Positions 19,664 to 28,169 are shown, counted from the first letter of the stretch. The stretch is DNA of 57,529 nucleotides from Candidatus Micrarchaeota archaeon (GCA_021817305.1 JAKAVL010000028.1:1-57529), one strand, 5' to 3'. Numbers and translations are program-made. The notes: generated from the letters alone by a model not told the origin.

Positions 19664-20416
19664 CTACTCCAGGACTATGCCTTTTTCTCCGAAGTCGAAC
19701 GTTTTTAGCTTGGGGTCAATCTTCGAGTCCCTCATCTTTGTTACCCTCACTGTCCTAAGTATCTCGCCGCCGGTATCGCTCAGTTCAAGAACTATAACGC
19801 CGTCGGTTGCGAACTCACTGACGCCGTCCTTTGTCATCATTCCGTCTTCAGAAGACGCAGTTATTACAATATTCGTTGTGCCGAGCTTCGACAGCTCATC
19901 CAGCAGAAGATAAGTCACCCTTTCCTTGGATTTTCCCGAATAATACATCTTCTCGTTGCCCATCACCTCCGCAACCTTCGGGTTGGTTACCGTGTAGTCA
20001 AGCGGCGTCTTGAACTGGTCTATGTTTATGGAGAAGTTTATCAGGCTGTCGAAGACCAGGCGCTTTGCACCTACCTTTTTCACGTTTGTTTTCACCAGCT
20101 CAAACAGATCCATGTCAGTGGTATTCAGCGGTACCTCAAGGACCGCAAGTTTTCCATCTTTTTCAAGAGCTGCAATGTCCCAGCCGAAAAGGCGCGCCTG
20201 TTTGAGCAGTTCCTGCCTTGTGTTGTCCAGCGTCACATACAATCCGTTCTCGCCGTTCTTGACGCCGTTGTATAAATACTGAAGTCCGAAAATCGTCTTG
20301 CCTACCCCAGGGCCTCCGGTAATTAGGACATTAAAGCCCTGCGGTATACCTCCGCCGATTAAGCCGTCCAAACCATTGATTCCCGTCTTCACTCGCTCTA
20401 TCCCATCCATGGCCAT
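19664..20416 (-). CDS. single-domain KaiC/RadA-like RecA-superfamily ATPase
   Basis: GINGLDGLIGGGIPQGFNVLITGGPGVGKT (Walker A) and RLVFDSL (Walker B). 250 aa. Confidence 0.85.
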   Translation of the reverse strand: MAMDGIERVKTGINGLDGLIGGGIPQGFNVLITGGPGVGKTIFGLQYLYNGVKNGENGLYVTLDNTRQELLKQARLFGWDIAALEKDGKLAVLEVPLNTTDMDLFELVKTNVKKVGAKRLVFDSLINFSINIDQFKTPLDYTVTNPKVAEVMGNEKMYYSGKSKERVTYLLLDELSKLGTTNIVITASSEDGMMTKDGVSEFATDGVIVLELSDTGGEILRTVRVTKMRDSKIDPKLKTFDFGEKGIVLE

Positions 20417-20492
20417 TCAATCATCCTTATTGTTCTATTCTCAGATGGCAAAGGATATTAAGGTTTCTGCGAATCGAGTGCGCAATGCCCGC

Positions 20493-20672
20493 TCACGAGC
20501 CGCTACCCGCCCGGGGCATTGTGCCGCTAGACCGCTCCCTCAGCTTTCCGACCAGGGAGCGCATCTCGTGCAGGTTCCTTCTCGCGAACCTGCCCCTGAG
20601 GTACAGTTCCTCGAATAGTACCTGGCCTGCCTGCCCGTCGCTGTTGAATATCTCGATCTTGACGTTGCTCAC
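20493..20672 (-). CDS. candidate 59-aa ORF translationally coupled to vapC
   Basis: Absent from the ORF track because it is under 60 aa. The GTG start overlaps the vapC stop (ATGTGA). Reads SNVKIEIFNSDGQAGQVLFEELYLRGRFARRNLHEMRSLVGKLRE, with core-like codon usage (AGG/AAG/GAG/ATA). Confidence 0.35.
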   Translation of the reverse strand: MSNVKIEIFNSDGQAGQVLFEELYLRGRFARRNLHEMRSLVGKLRERSSGTMPRAGSGS

Positions 20673-21094
20673 ATTGACCTGGCCGCGTCTTCCAGAGTTA
20701 TCCTGGTCAGTCCGTCAATATCCCTGAAGTCGCCATCGTCGGTGATTATCTCTTCTATGCCGTTCTCGAGGCAGCATGCAGCATGGATGGCGTCCCTTGG
20801 GTTTAGGCGGTGCTCTTCCATTACCTCTTGGGCAGTTGACAACATGCCCGCCCTTACCTCGAGGAGCCTTAAGTTAGGAAACCCAAGGAACTTTGCGCCT
20901 TCAGATCTTGCCATCTCGAGACTTAACAGCCTTCTCACTGCCCAGACAATCTCGTCCCATGTCAGCAGGCAGGTAGCCGCGGGAACAGAGCCGTTTGCTA
21001 CTTCGGTCAGGATTTTCTTGGCTTGCAGCCTTTTTGCGTCCGTCTCGGGATTCAGGATGTAATACAGGAAGACGTTTGCGTCAAGATATTTCAT
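20669..21094 (-). CDS. vapC: PIN-domain toxin VapC
   Basis: MKYLDANVFLYY (first acidic residue) and ITDDGDFRDIDGL (last Asp). Overlaps vapB. Confidence 0.85.
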   Translation of the reverse strand: MKYLDANVFLYYILNPETDAKRLQAKKILTEVANGSVPAATCLLTWDEIVWAVRRLLSLEMARSEGAKFLGFPNLRLLEVRAGMLSTAQEVMEEHRLNPRDAIHAACCLENGIEEIITDDGDFRDIDGLTRITLEDAARSM

Positions 21095-21326
21095 ATTCCT
21101 CATCCAGGATCTGCTTTATTTCCTTAATGGTGATGGGCTTTTTTAGTTTGGGTACGTCCCCGAACCTCTTGATGAACTCTTCAGGGCTCAGCTTCTTCCT
21201 TATGACGATCTTTTCGCCCTCCACTTCAAACACCACCTCTGACCCCGGCTTAATCCCTACCTTATTCCTGACGTCTCTCGGTATCACTATCTGGCCCTTC
21301 TCGCTAACCGTTCTCTCGATTTCCAT
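21081..21326 (-). CDS. vapB: AbrB/SpoVT-type antitoxin VapB
   Basis: GQIVIPRDVRNKVGIKPGSEVVFEVEGEKIVIRK is a swapped-hairpin AbrB motif. Confidence 0.85.
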   Translation of the reverse strand: MEIERTVSEKGQIVIPRDVRNKVGIKPGSEVVFEVEGEKIVIRKKLSPEEFIKRFGDVPKLKKPITIKEIKQILDEEYEIS

Positions 21327-21376
21327 CTTACTCTCCAGTAAGAATAGGTAGGAATAGATATTTATACTTTTGTCTG

Positions 21377-22414
21377 CTACTTTAGCAGCGACTTCTCTAT
21401 TCCGGCTATGTCTCCGAATCCCGATAGCTGCTTCCCGGCCTCGTCCTCTGAGTTGAATATCTCTATCCTGACGCTGCTCTTGTCGGCCATGTCGAGCAGC
21501 TCCTTTACCTCTGCCTTGCCCAGCGCAGAGTCGTTGACCATCACTATCCCTACTGAGTAATCCTGCAGCGCCTTCCTCATCCTTTCGATGCCGTATACGG
21601 ACCTGCCGGCGCGCAGCGACCCGAAGAATATGTTCAGGTACCCGAATTCACGCTTCACATGCTCGCTCTCGAGTATCTTGGACGCTTCTGCGCCCTGCAC
21701 CACCTCCCGGATGCCTGTGCGCTCCGCATCTCCCGCATTCGCGTAGAACAGGCGCTTGCCCGGCTTGATGCCCTTCGACTCCATGTATTTTTTGACGTCG
21801 TCCTTGGTGAAGCCTGGGCCCGCGAGTATGACGATGTCGACGTCCATCCTCGAGACCGTCGCGATTATCTCATCGAAGTACTTGACTTTCTGCTCCTCGA
21901 ACTCCTTTTCACGCATCTTCTTGCTGAGCCCGCTGTACAGCTCCCCGGTGAGCTCAATCCCGTATCCCATTACGTATGCTATCGTTGCCTTCTCGTCGTC
22001 CAGGGCGATGATCCCTAAGCGCGGCCTCTTCGACTCCTGCACCGCCTGCTTAAGCCTCTTGAGTATGTAGTCCTTCCATTCGGTCTTGGTTATCTCCAGT
22101 GTGTCCGACGGCGCAATGTTGAGCGTATGGTACGTATTCAACCTGACGAACTCCTCGGGCCTCGCCTCAGTTATCTTGCCTGCCAGTCTGAGCCTTGAGG
22201 CGTTCCTGTCGACCTCTGCCTTTTCCAGCGTGAGCCGTATGAATACGTCTTTCTGTTCGCCGGTATCGCCCTCTGCGGCCTTGAACCTGCGCTTGCTCCA
22301 TGACGCGACGCTGTCCCCCTGCGACAGTATCCTCGCAAGAAGATACAGGTCCTCGAACGACTCGGGAACGATCTTCAGCATGCTCGATGCGTCGTAGAAC
22401 CGTATTATGCGCAT
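21377..22414 (-). CDS. pelA: Pelota (Dom34) mRNA surveillance / ribosome rescue factor
   Basis: MRIIRF...KIVPESFEDLYLLARILSQGD N-terminal domain followed by eRF1-like domains. 345 aa. Confidence 0.9.
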   Translation of the reverse strand: MRIIRFYDASSMLKIVPESFEDLYLLARILSQGDSVASWSKRRFKAAEGDTGEQKDVFIRLTLEKAEVDRNASRLRLAGKITEARPEEFVRLNTYHTLNIAPSDTLEITKTEWKDYILKRLKQAVQESKRPRLGIIALDDEKATIAYVMGYGIELTGELYSGLSKKMREKEFEEQKVKYFDEIIATVSRMDVDIVILAGPGFTKDDVKKYMESKGIKPGKRLFYANAGDAERTGIREVVQGAEASKILESEHVKREFGYLNIFFGSLRAGRSVYGIERMRKALQDYSVGIVMVNDSALGKAEVKELLDMADKSSVRIEIFNSEDEAGKQLSGFGDIAGIEKSLLK

Positions 22415-22416
22415 GC

Positions 22417-22878
22417 TCAGCCCTTCTTGCGCTGCTTGAATATGCCCACTGCCTTCCTGAACTCCTCCGGAGAGTCGAAGTTCTTGTACACGCTCGCGAA
22501 GCGTATGTATGCCACGGGGTCCAGCCTGAACAGTCCCTTGACCACCATGTCCCCTATGGCGCTGCTCTTTATCTCCTTGACGCCCTTGGTGCGTATCCTC
22601 GTCTCTATCTTGTCGACAAGAGCCTCCATCTCGGCCCTGCTGACCTTGCGCTTCTCGCAGGCCTTGATCACACCGGCGAGGACCTTATTCCTGTCGAACG
22701 GCTCGCGGGTCTTGTCGCGCTTTATGACCGTTACATCGTCGAAGTCGACCTTCTCGTAGGTTGTGAAGCGCTTGCTGCATGCGCTGCACTCCCTCCTGCG
22801 CCTTATGCTCTTCCCGTCGAGTACCTCCCTCGAGTCTATGACATCGGTATCCTTGCTGCCGCAGTACGGACAACGCAT
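22417..22878 (-). CDS. nrdR: NrdR transcriptional repressor (zinc ribbon + ATP-cone)
   Basis: MRCPYCGS...RRRECSACSKRFTTYE zinc ribbon, then ATP-cone VIKRDKTREPFDRNKVLAGV...YIRFASVY. 2 nt upstream of pelota. Confidence 0.9.
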   Translation of the reverse strand: MRCPYCGSKDTDVIDSREVLDGKSIRRRRECSACSKRFTTYEKVDFDDVTVIKRDKTREPFDRNKVLAGVIKACEKRKVSRAEMEALVDKIETRIRTKGVKEIKSSAIGDMVVKGLFRLDPVAYIRFASVYKNFDSPEEFRKAVGIFKQRKKG

Positions 22879-22939
22879 CTAATCAGCACTAAGGATACAA
22901 CGAAAAGATATAAAGAAATAGTCGGCAATATCTAAGCGT

Positions 22940-23011
22940 GCCTCTGTAGCTCAGTGGTAGAGCGTCTGCATGGTAAGCAGAAGGTCGCGAGTTCGATCCT
23001 CGCCGGGGGCT
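22940..23011 (+). tRNA. tRNA-Thr (anticodon GGU)
   Basis: Manual cloverleaf: acceptor GCCUCUG/CGGGGGC, D arm GCUC-AGUGGUA-GAGC, anticodon arm UCUGC-AUGGUAA-GCAGA, T arm GCGAG-UUCGAUC-CUCGC. No encoded CCA. Confidence 0.9.
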
Positions 23012-23024
23012 TTCTCAGAAACGG

Positions 23025-24866
23025 CTACGACGCCGTCACAGTGCCGTTTGAACGCACTAATACCCCTGGATCTCCCATTATAGTTATTCCGTACGCGCTC
23101 CCCGATATCAACGTGTCGGTTATCTTGCCGTTGCCGTAGCTTATGCTCCCGTTGAACGTGAGGGTTACCGATGCGCCCGAAGCGAGCACGTACCCTGTCC
23201 CGTTGAACCCGTCGCTCGTCTCGCTGCCGCTAGGAAGCACCAGGGCGCCGCTTGAGTTGACAAGGAATGTGAGCTGACGCAGGTATGCGTGGCTGGCGCC
23301 GAGCTCCTCCTCCAGGGTTATGTTCCCGGTTACGTTTATCGCTGTGCTGTTTATGGTCAGGTTTGAGAACGCCGGGAATGACATGGACTCGTGGCCATGC
23401 GCCCCTGCATTTCCGCGCATTCCGGTTATAAGCTGGTCGAGAGGCAGGTCAATGGAGCCGGTCTCGTTAATGCTGCCGGTTATGCTCAGGTTTCCGGCAG
23501 CTCCGTGACGCTCGCCGCTGTTCCCGTTATCGTGCGCGCTCGCAGAGACGTTTCCAGATGCGCCCGAGTGAGAGCCTATGCTGCCATCGGAGCCGTTTGC
23601 GCCGATGTCACCCACTATGCCAGTAACGCTGCCCATCGATGAGTTGATATCGGGCAGGGATGGAAGGTTCGCGTTCACTCCGAGCGCCCCATGGGCATTC
23701 GAGTGGTCTCGCGATATGACCACCTCTCCGGAAGGGAACCTGCTGTCATTGTTTGTTATCCTTATGTCTATGCTGGAGTTGCTGCTTATGAGCACATGCG
23801 AGCTTATTGGCCCGGATATCTGCAGCTGGTGCAGGGTTACGGGCCTGTTGCCCATGTTCTTCACTGTGACCGACAGGGCCGTATTGCCCCCGATGGAACT
23901 TATGCTTTCGCCCGTAATGAGCACGGATGCGCTTGCGTTCTCGAGCAGGTGCTCCTGCGCCGGGGTCAGCATGGTCCGGTTATCTTTTTCGCCGTAACCG
24001 CTTCCGGAGCCGCCGATGACGTTGGCGCCGTAGACCACGGCCTTCACTGAAGGAACAAGAAGGAAGGTGGTCGCATTAGATGAGTAAACGCTCACTATGA
24101 CCGGGGAGAAATCCGCGAGTATCACTGAGTTGGAGCTTAGCTGCACGGGCTTTATGTTGGCGATTATGCTGTTCTCAGGAACGAACACGCTGTAGCTCGC
24201 ATTTCCTATGGTTATAAACGACGATGCGGCTTCTAGGCGCACGCCGGTGATTATATCATTGGCGCTGAGGGTCGCGCTCCCGATGAGCTGGCTGACATTT
24301 ACAAGTGACAGGGGGTCTACGCTCCCGCTGCCGGATACGTTTACCCAACCAGATGCGCCCCCATTATTGGACACTTCAAGCGCCACTGAGGAGTAATTCA
24401 TCACCAGCGCGTTGGTGCCTTCGGGCACTGTCGGCGGGTCGGTAAGCCTCACTGCCAGGGAGTACGTTGGAGCGGATGCTGCAGCGGTGCCGAGCAGGGC
24501 TCCTGTAGTGGTTGTGCCTGACACATAGGCATTGCCTGCATTGTAAAGCAGCGTGTACGCTACTGCCGCCATGCCTATTATAAGAAGTATGCTGCCCACA
24601 TAGTAGGGATTTATCCTGGTGAATCTTGTGAACCTGTTTGCGTAGGTGCCGCCTATCTCGAAGTTCGGTGTCGCGCGGTAGTACTTCCACCTCTTTATGA
24701 ACTCGTTTTCAACTGGGGTTATTGCGCCCATCTGCTGCAGCTCATCGATGTGCTGCTTGACAGTGGATGGGGAAAGGCCGAGCTCCTGGCTTATCTCGGT
24801 GAGCGTGTGCTGCCTCTTTGTCAGCATTTTTACAATGTCATTCTTCGTTTTCCCGATACCGCTCAT
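23025..24866 (-). CDS. membrane-anchored winged-helix (ArsR-like) protein with a large Ser/Gly/Asn-rich extracellular domain
   Basis: N-terminus LTKRQHTLTEISQELGLSPSTVKQHIDELQQMGAI (HTH), one TM helix (YYVGSILLIIGMAAVAYTLLY), then about 480 aa of exported low-complexity/beta-rich sequence with sequons. Confidence 0.6.
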   Translation of the reverse strand: MSGIGKTKNDIVKMLTKRQHTLTEISQELGLSPSTVKQHIDELQQMGAITPVENEFIKRWKYYRATPNFEIGGTYANRFTRFTRINPYYVGSILLIIGMAAVAYTLLYNAGNAYVSGTTTTGALLGTAAASAPTYSLAVRLTDPPTVPEGTNALVMNYSSVALEVSNNGGASGWVNVSGSGSVDPLSLVNVSQLIGSATLSANDIITGVRLEAASSFITIGNASYSVFVPENSIIANIKPVQLSSNSVILADFSPVIVSVYSSNATTFLLVPSVKAVVYGANVIGGSGSGYGEKDNRTMLTPAQEHLLENASASVLITGESISSIGGNTALSVTVKNMGNRPVTLHQLQISGPISSHVLISSNSSIDIRITNNDSRFPSGEVVISRDHSNAHGALGVNANLPSLPDINSSMGSVTGIVGDIGANGSDGSIGSHSGASGNVSASAHDNGNSGERHGAAGNLSITGSINETGSIDLPLDQLITGMRGNAGAHGHESMSFPAFSNLTINSTAINVTGNITLEEELGASHAYLRQLTFLVNSSGALVLPSGSETSDGFNGTGYVLASGASVTLTFNGSISYGNGKITDTLISGSAYGITIMGDPGVLVRSNGTVTAS

Positions 24867-25046
24867 GAAAACCACATCTTATATGGTTTATGTGTCTGAG
24901 AGTTTATAAATAGCCTACGCGACGTTTCGGTTCTTATTCGGTTTTCAGTCGTAAAAATAATTGCAGAATAGCGCCAGTTGCGTCTTTGATTAAAACGGAT
25001 CGGGCCGCGGCCACAAGGCGCCGCTCAACTCTGTCAGTGTTTGATG

Positions 25047-25115
25047 GGCGTCAGCGGATTAGATACTTTCAAATCACGTTGTAGCGATCATCACTCAAGA
25101 TCCTCATCATCCGCC
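25047..25115 (-). ncRNA. candidate C/D-box sRNA (2'-O-methylation guide) targeting the 16S GGAUUAGAUAC region
   Basis: The minus strand reads GGCGG-AUGAUGA(C)-GGAUCUUGAGUG-AUGA(D')-UCGCUACAAC-GUGAUUUGA(C')-AAGUAUCUAAUCCG-CUGA(D)-CGCC. Terminal stem is GGCG/CGCC. The D guide is complementary to CGGAUUAGAUAC. Confidence 0.55.
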
Positions 25116-25140
25116 AGCATCGTTTGCACTTCCAAAGTAG

Positions 25141-26505
25141 TCATTGCATGCCCAGCAGGGACTTCGCCATTGACACGGCCTTGTCAAGGCCCTGCCGTGT
25201 CCGCGACTCTGCGACAAGCCTTATCGCGGGCGTGGTGTTGGAGGGCCTTATCACGAAGCGCCAGTCGCCGCCTATGACCTTTACTCCGTCTATCAGCACT
25301 GTTTCGAGGCCCTCGGCCTGCGCCCTTCCCCTTGCCTCGTCCACTATCCTGTGCTTCTCCTTCTCATCGACAGGTATCTCCAGGGCCTCAAGCTCGTAGT
25401 GCGGCATCTCCGCTATGAGCTCCGAGAGCCTTTTGCCGGTCCGCGCAACAATGCAGTACATCGCCATCGCCGAGAAGAGCGCATCGTCTCCGTTGTACAG
25501 CTCCGAGAAGTAGGTGTGGCTGGAGATCTCTCCCCCGAGCCTCGCGCGCTCGCGCTCCATGTTTTCGAGTATGAACCTTCTGCCTATTCTGCTTGGCACG
25601 GGAACTGCGCCTACCTGCGCGATCATGTCCTCGACGACCTTTGAGCAGCTTATTTCGTAGACTATCCTGTCGGAGGGCCTTGCAAGGCTCTTTATGAACA
25701 GCGACAATGACACGTCCCCGCGTATTATCGAGCCCTTGTCGTCCACGAAGACAGCGCGGTCACCGTCAGCGTCGAACGCCACCCCGAAGTCGAGTTTCTT
25801 CTCAACGACGAGCCTGCTGAGGCCGTCCAGGGTCCCCTCCTTCGGCTCAGGGCCCCTGCCCCCGAATTCCGGGTCATAGGCGTCGTTCATGGGAATGACG
25901 TCGATGCCTGCCTGACGCATTATCTGCGGGCCGATAATCGAGTAGGAGCCGTTGCCTGTGTCGAGGCCTATCCTGAGCTTGTGCATAGGGATTGACGCAG
26001 CACCAGACTTCTGGACAACCGTAGAGGAGTAGTCGCGCAGCGCGTCGGCGCTGAAGTCGGTTACGCTGCCGCCTGCCTGCGCGCCTTTCATGCCAGAATC
26101 GACTATCCTCTTTATGTCCTCGAGGCCGGAGCCCATGCCGAGTATCTTGCCGTTCGCGCCGAATATCTTGAAGCCGTTCCACTCCTTCGGATTGTGGCTT
26201 GCCGTGACCATTATCCCGCCATCGAGGCCGTTGTGCCTGATGGTGAAGTACACCATCGGCGTAGGGACAAGCCCCAGGTCCATTACGTCGAGGCCGTTTC
26301 CGGAAAGTGCAGCGAGCATCCGCTCTGACATCTCCCGGCTTCCGTGCCTTATGTCACGGCCGAACGCGACTCTCTTGCCATGCCCGATGTACTGCGCAAA
26401 TGCGGCGCCTATCTTATCTGCGGTATCCTCGTTTATCTCCTTGCCGTATATGCCGCGCACGTCGTACGTGCGGTATATCGAGTCAGGAGCCTTTGGATTT
26501 TCCAT
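25141..26505 (-). CDS. phosphoglucomutase/phosphomannomutase (alpha-D-phosphohexomutase family)
   Basis: Active-site TASHNPKEWNGFK, metal loop FDADGDRAVFVD, sugar loop. 454 aa. Confidence 0.9.
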   Translation of the reverse strand: MENPKAPDSIYRTYDVRGIYGKEINEDTADKIGAAFAQYIGHGKRVAFGRDIRHGSREMSERMLAALSGNGLDVMDLGLVPTPMVYFTIRHNGLDGGIMVTASHNPKEWNGFKIFGANGKILGMGSGLEDIKRIVDSGMKGAQAGGSVTDFSADALRDYSSTVVQKSGAASIPMHKLRIGLDTGNGSYSIIGPQIMRQAGIDVIPMNDAYDPEFGGRGPEPKEGTLDGLSRLVVEKKLDFGVAFDADGDRAVFVDDKGSIIRGDVSLSLFIKSLARPSDRIVYEISCSKVVEDMIAQVGAVPVPSRIGRRFILENMERERARLGGEISSHTYFSELYNGDDALFSAMAMYCIVARTGKRLSELIAEMPHYELEALEIPVDEKEKHRIVDEARGRAQAEGLETVLIDGVKVIGGDWRFVIRPSNTTPAIRLVAESRTRQGLDKAVSMAKSLLGMQ

Positions 26506-26546
26506 GGTAAGGATATGGATTATATGGTATTAAGCCCTTGCGCTGC

Positions 26547-27251
26547 TCAGCCAAGGAACTCTTCCATGCGCAGCTGCCTTATGGCCTTTATGGTCTGCCA
26601 TCTCTCTCGTAGGTATGGCGCGAGCCTGCCGCGCCCGAGGTCCTCCCTTATCGCGGAAACGGTGTAGGAATCAGAGGGGTATCCAGAGCCTATGTCAAGG
26701 CCCGACCTGTCAGCTATGCGCTGTATCTCGCGGTCGCGCTCCACCTTTGCGATTATGCTAGCACCGGATACCACTGGGTACCTTGAATCGGCCTTGTGCT
26801 CCGATATCACCTTTATGGAGCCGGAGCCCGCGCCACTGCGCTTCTGCTTCAGCCCGCTCACGAGCAGTCTTTTCTGCGAGAAGTAGCCGACGCGCATGCC
26901 GAAGCGCTCCGATATGACGTCGGGCGAGTCAAGGAACACGCGCGACGGTGAACTCTGCATCGAATCTAGGATCTTGGCGAAGTTTAGCGCCTCAAGCTCG
27001 TTTATCGATATGTGGTTGGCCATTGCCTGGTTTATCTCTGTGTTGCTTATGCTGTACGAGAGAACCTCCTCCGCAAGCGAGTATATCTCGTCGTAGAGGA
27101 ACATGCGCTTCCTTCCGGTGAGCAGCTTAGAGTCCCTGACCCCGGCGCGCGACAGCCTGTTGAGCTTGCCGCTGCTGATGCTCACTACGCTTATCACTAT
27201 GGGGCCAACCACTGCTCCCCGGCCGGCTTCGTCCCCACCGGCGATTATGAT
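26547..27251 (-). CDS. rnhB: ribonuclease HII (start codon unresolved)
   Basis: The RNase HII pattern is present, but the catalytic GGDEAGRGAV motif is encoded upstream of the first canonical start (GTG 27212). The frame opens directly after two TAA stops at 27261-27266. The upper coordinate assumes a non-canonical ATC start. Confidence 0.75.
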   Translation of the reverse strand: MIIAGGDEAGRGAVVGPIVISVVSISSGKLNRLSRAGVRDSKLLTGRKRMFLYDEIYSLAEEVLSYSISNTEINQAMANHISINELEALNFAKILDSMQSSPSRVFLDSPDVISERFGMRVGYFSQKRLLVSGLKQKRSGAGSGSIKVISEHKADSRYPVVSGASIIAKVERDREIQRIADRSGLDIGSGYPSDSYTVSAIREDLGRGRLAPYLRERWQTIKAIRQLRMEEFLG

Positions 27252-27263
27252 CTTAACACCTTA

Positions 27264-27515
27264 TTACAGGCCCTTCCTGTCTACAACTATGAAGTCGTTA
27301 ACGGCCAGGACGTTCGAATATGGCACTGTGAGCCTTCCGCCCTTTGCCGAAAGCTTGCTCACGAGTTCACTGTCGACGTTGGGCTCAACGACGAGTCCGC
27401 TGAGCTTTCCGTTTACCTCGTTGACCTCTGCATCTATGAACTTGCCTAGATCAAACCCGTCATTTGTGACGACCTCCTTGCCCACTAGCTGTTCCGCTAT
27501 TATGTATTTTACCAT
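27264..27515 (-). CDS. PRC-barrel domain protein
   Basis: LVGKEVVTNDGFDLGKFIDAEVNEVNGKLSGLVVE...VPYSNVLAVNDFIVV is a typical stand-alone archaeal PRC barrel. Confidence 0.8.
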   Translation of the reverse strand: MVKYIIAEQLVGKEVVTNDGFDLGKFIDAEVNEVNGKLSGLVVEPNVDSELVSKLSAKGGRLTVPYSNVLAVNDFIVVDRKGL

Positions 27516-27611
27516 TTATACACCTGGCGCATATACCAAAATTATATAATGAAGTAAGTTTATATACCTAATGGTTTCTGACGTTAACGCAAATCTCTGA
27601 AGATACGTCAT

Positions 27612-27953
27612 ATGTTGGGGGTTATGGAGGGTCTTGACGGGCTTATTTTCAAGGAGAAACAGGTGCGCATGCTGTCGCTTCTCGTTGATGGACGGCGCGA
27701 GTGGCACCTGTCCGATCTTGCCAAGGAGTCCGGTACGACGTACGTGCACGCCAGCAGATTCGTCGCGATGTGCGAGGACGCAGGACTCGTAGGCTCTGAG
27801 ATGCACGGCAAGACAAAGAGGATATTCCTGACGGACAAGGGCAGGGGCATAGCCGCGAAGATAGGCGAGATACGCGAGCTGGCAAAGGTACAGGAGCCCG
27901 CTGCGCAGGCTGCGCAACAGGAGGCGCAGAAAGACGCTGTCCCTGATGCGTGA
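27612..27953 (+). CDS. winged-helix transcriptional regulator
   Basis: LSLLVDGRREWHLSDLAKESGTTYVHASRFVAMCEDAGLV...IFLTDKGR. Divergent from the PRC-barrel/rnhB pair. Confidence 0.65.
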   Translation: MLGVMEGLDGLIFKEKQVRMLSLLVDGRREWHLSDLAKESGTTYVHASRFVAMCEDAGLVGSEMHGKTKRIFLTDKGRGIAAKIGEIRELAKVQEPAAQAAQQEAQKDAVPDA

Positions 27954-28025
27954 GCTCCGCTGAGGCCACAAATATAAAAATAAAGAAATAGGAAATAATA
28001 AGGCATTAAGCGGGAAAATGAGCCA

Positions 28026-28169
28026 TCAGCCGCCGATCTTGAACATCTTTGTGCCGCAAACGCTGCACGGGCCTGTCTTGGCCTTCTTACCATTCTTCAT
28101 GGTGACTTCCTTCGCGTCCTTCATCTTTCTCTTCGCCTTGCACTTAACACAATATGCTTCTACTTCCAT
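28026..28169 (-). CDS. small zinc-ribbon protein (DUF5679-like)
   Basis: 47-aa ORF not in the track: MEVEAYCVKCKAKRKMKDAKEVTMKNGKKAKTGPCSVCGTKMFKIGG. CxxC...CxxC with the family-typical KMF+IG ending. Confidence 0.7.
   Translation of the reverse strand: MEVEAYCVKCKAKRKMKDAKEVTMKNGKKAKTGPCSVCGTKMFKIGG

Noticed and set aside
27210-27515. Stop-codon read-through fusing the PRC-barrel protein and RNase HII, since both are in the same frame.
   Set aside because: Two consecutive TAA codons separate them, which makes read-through very unlikely. Non-canonical initiation or re-initiation is the more economical explanation.
27516-28093. Minus-strand ORFs of 151, 161 and 106 aa across 27516-28093.
   Set aside because: They are antisense to the wHTH regulator gene (27612-27953) and overlap the DUF5679 gene. 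Their Ala/Arg/Ser-rich composition is not protein-like.
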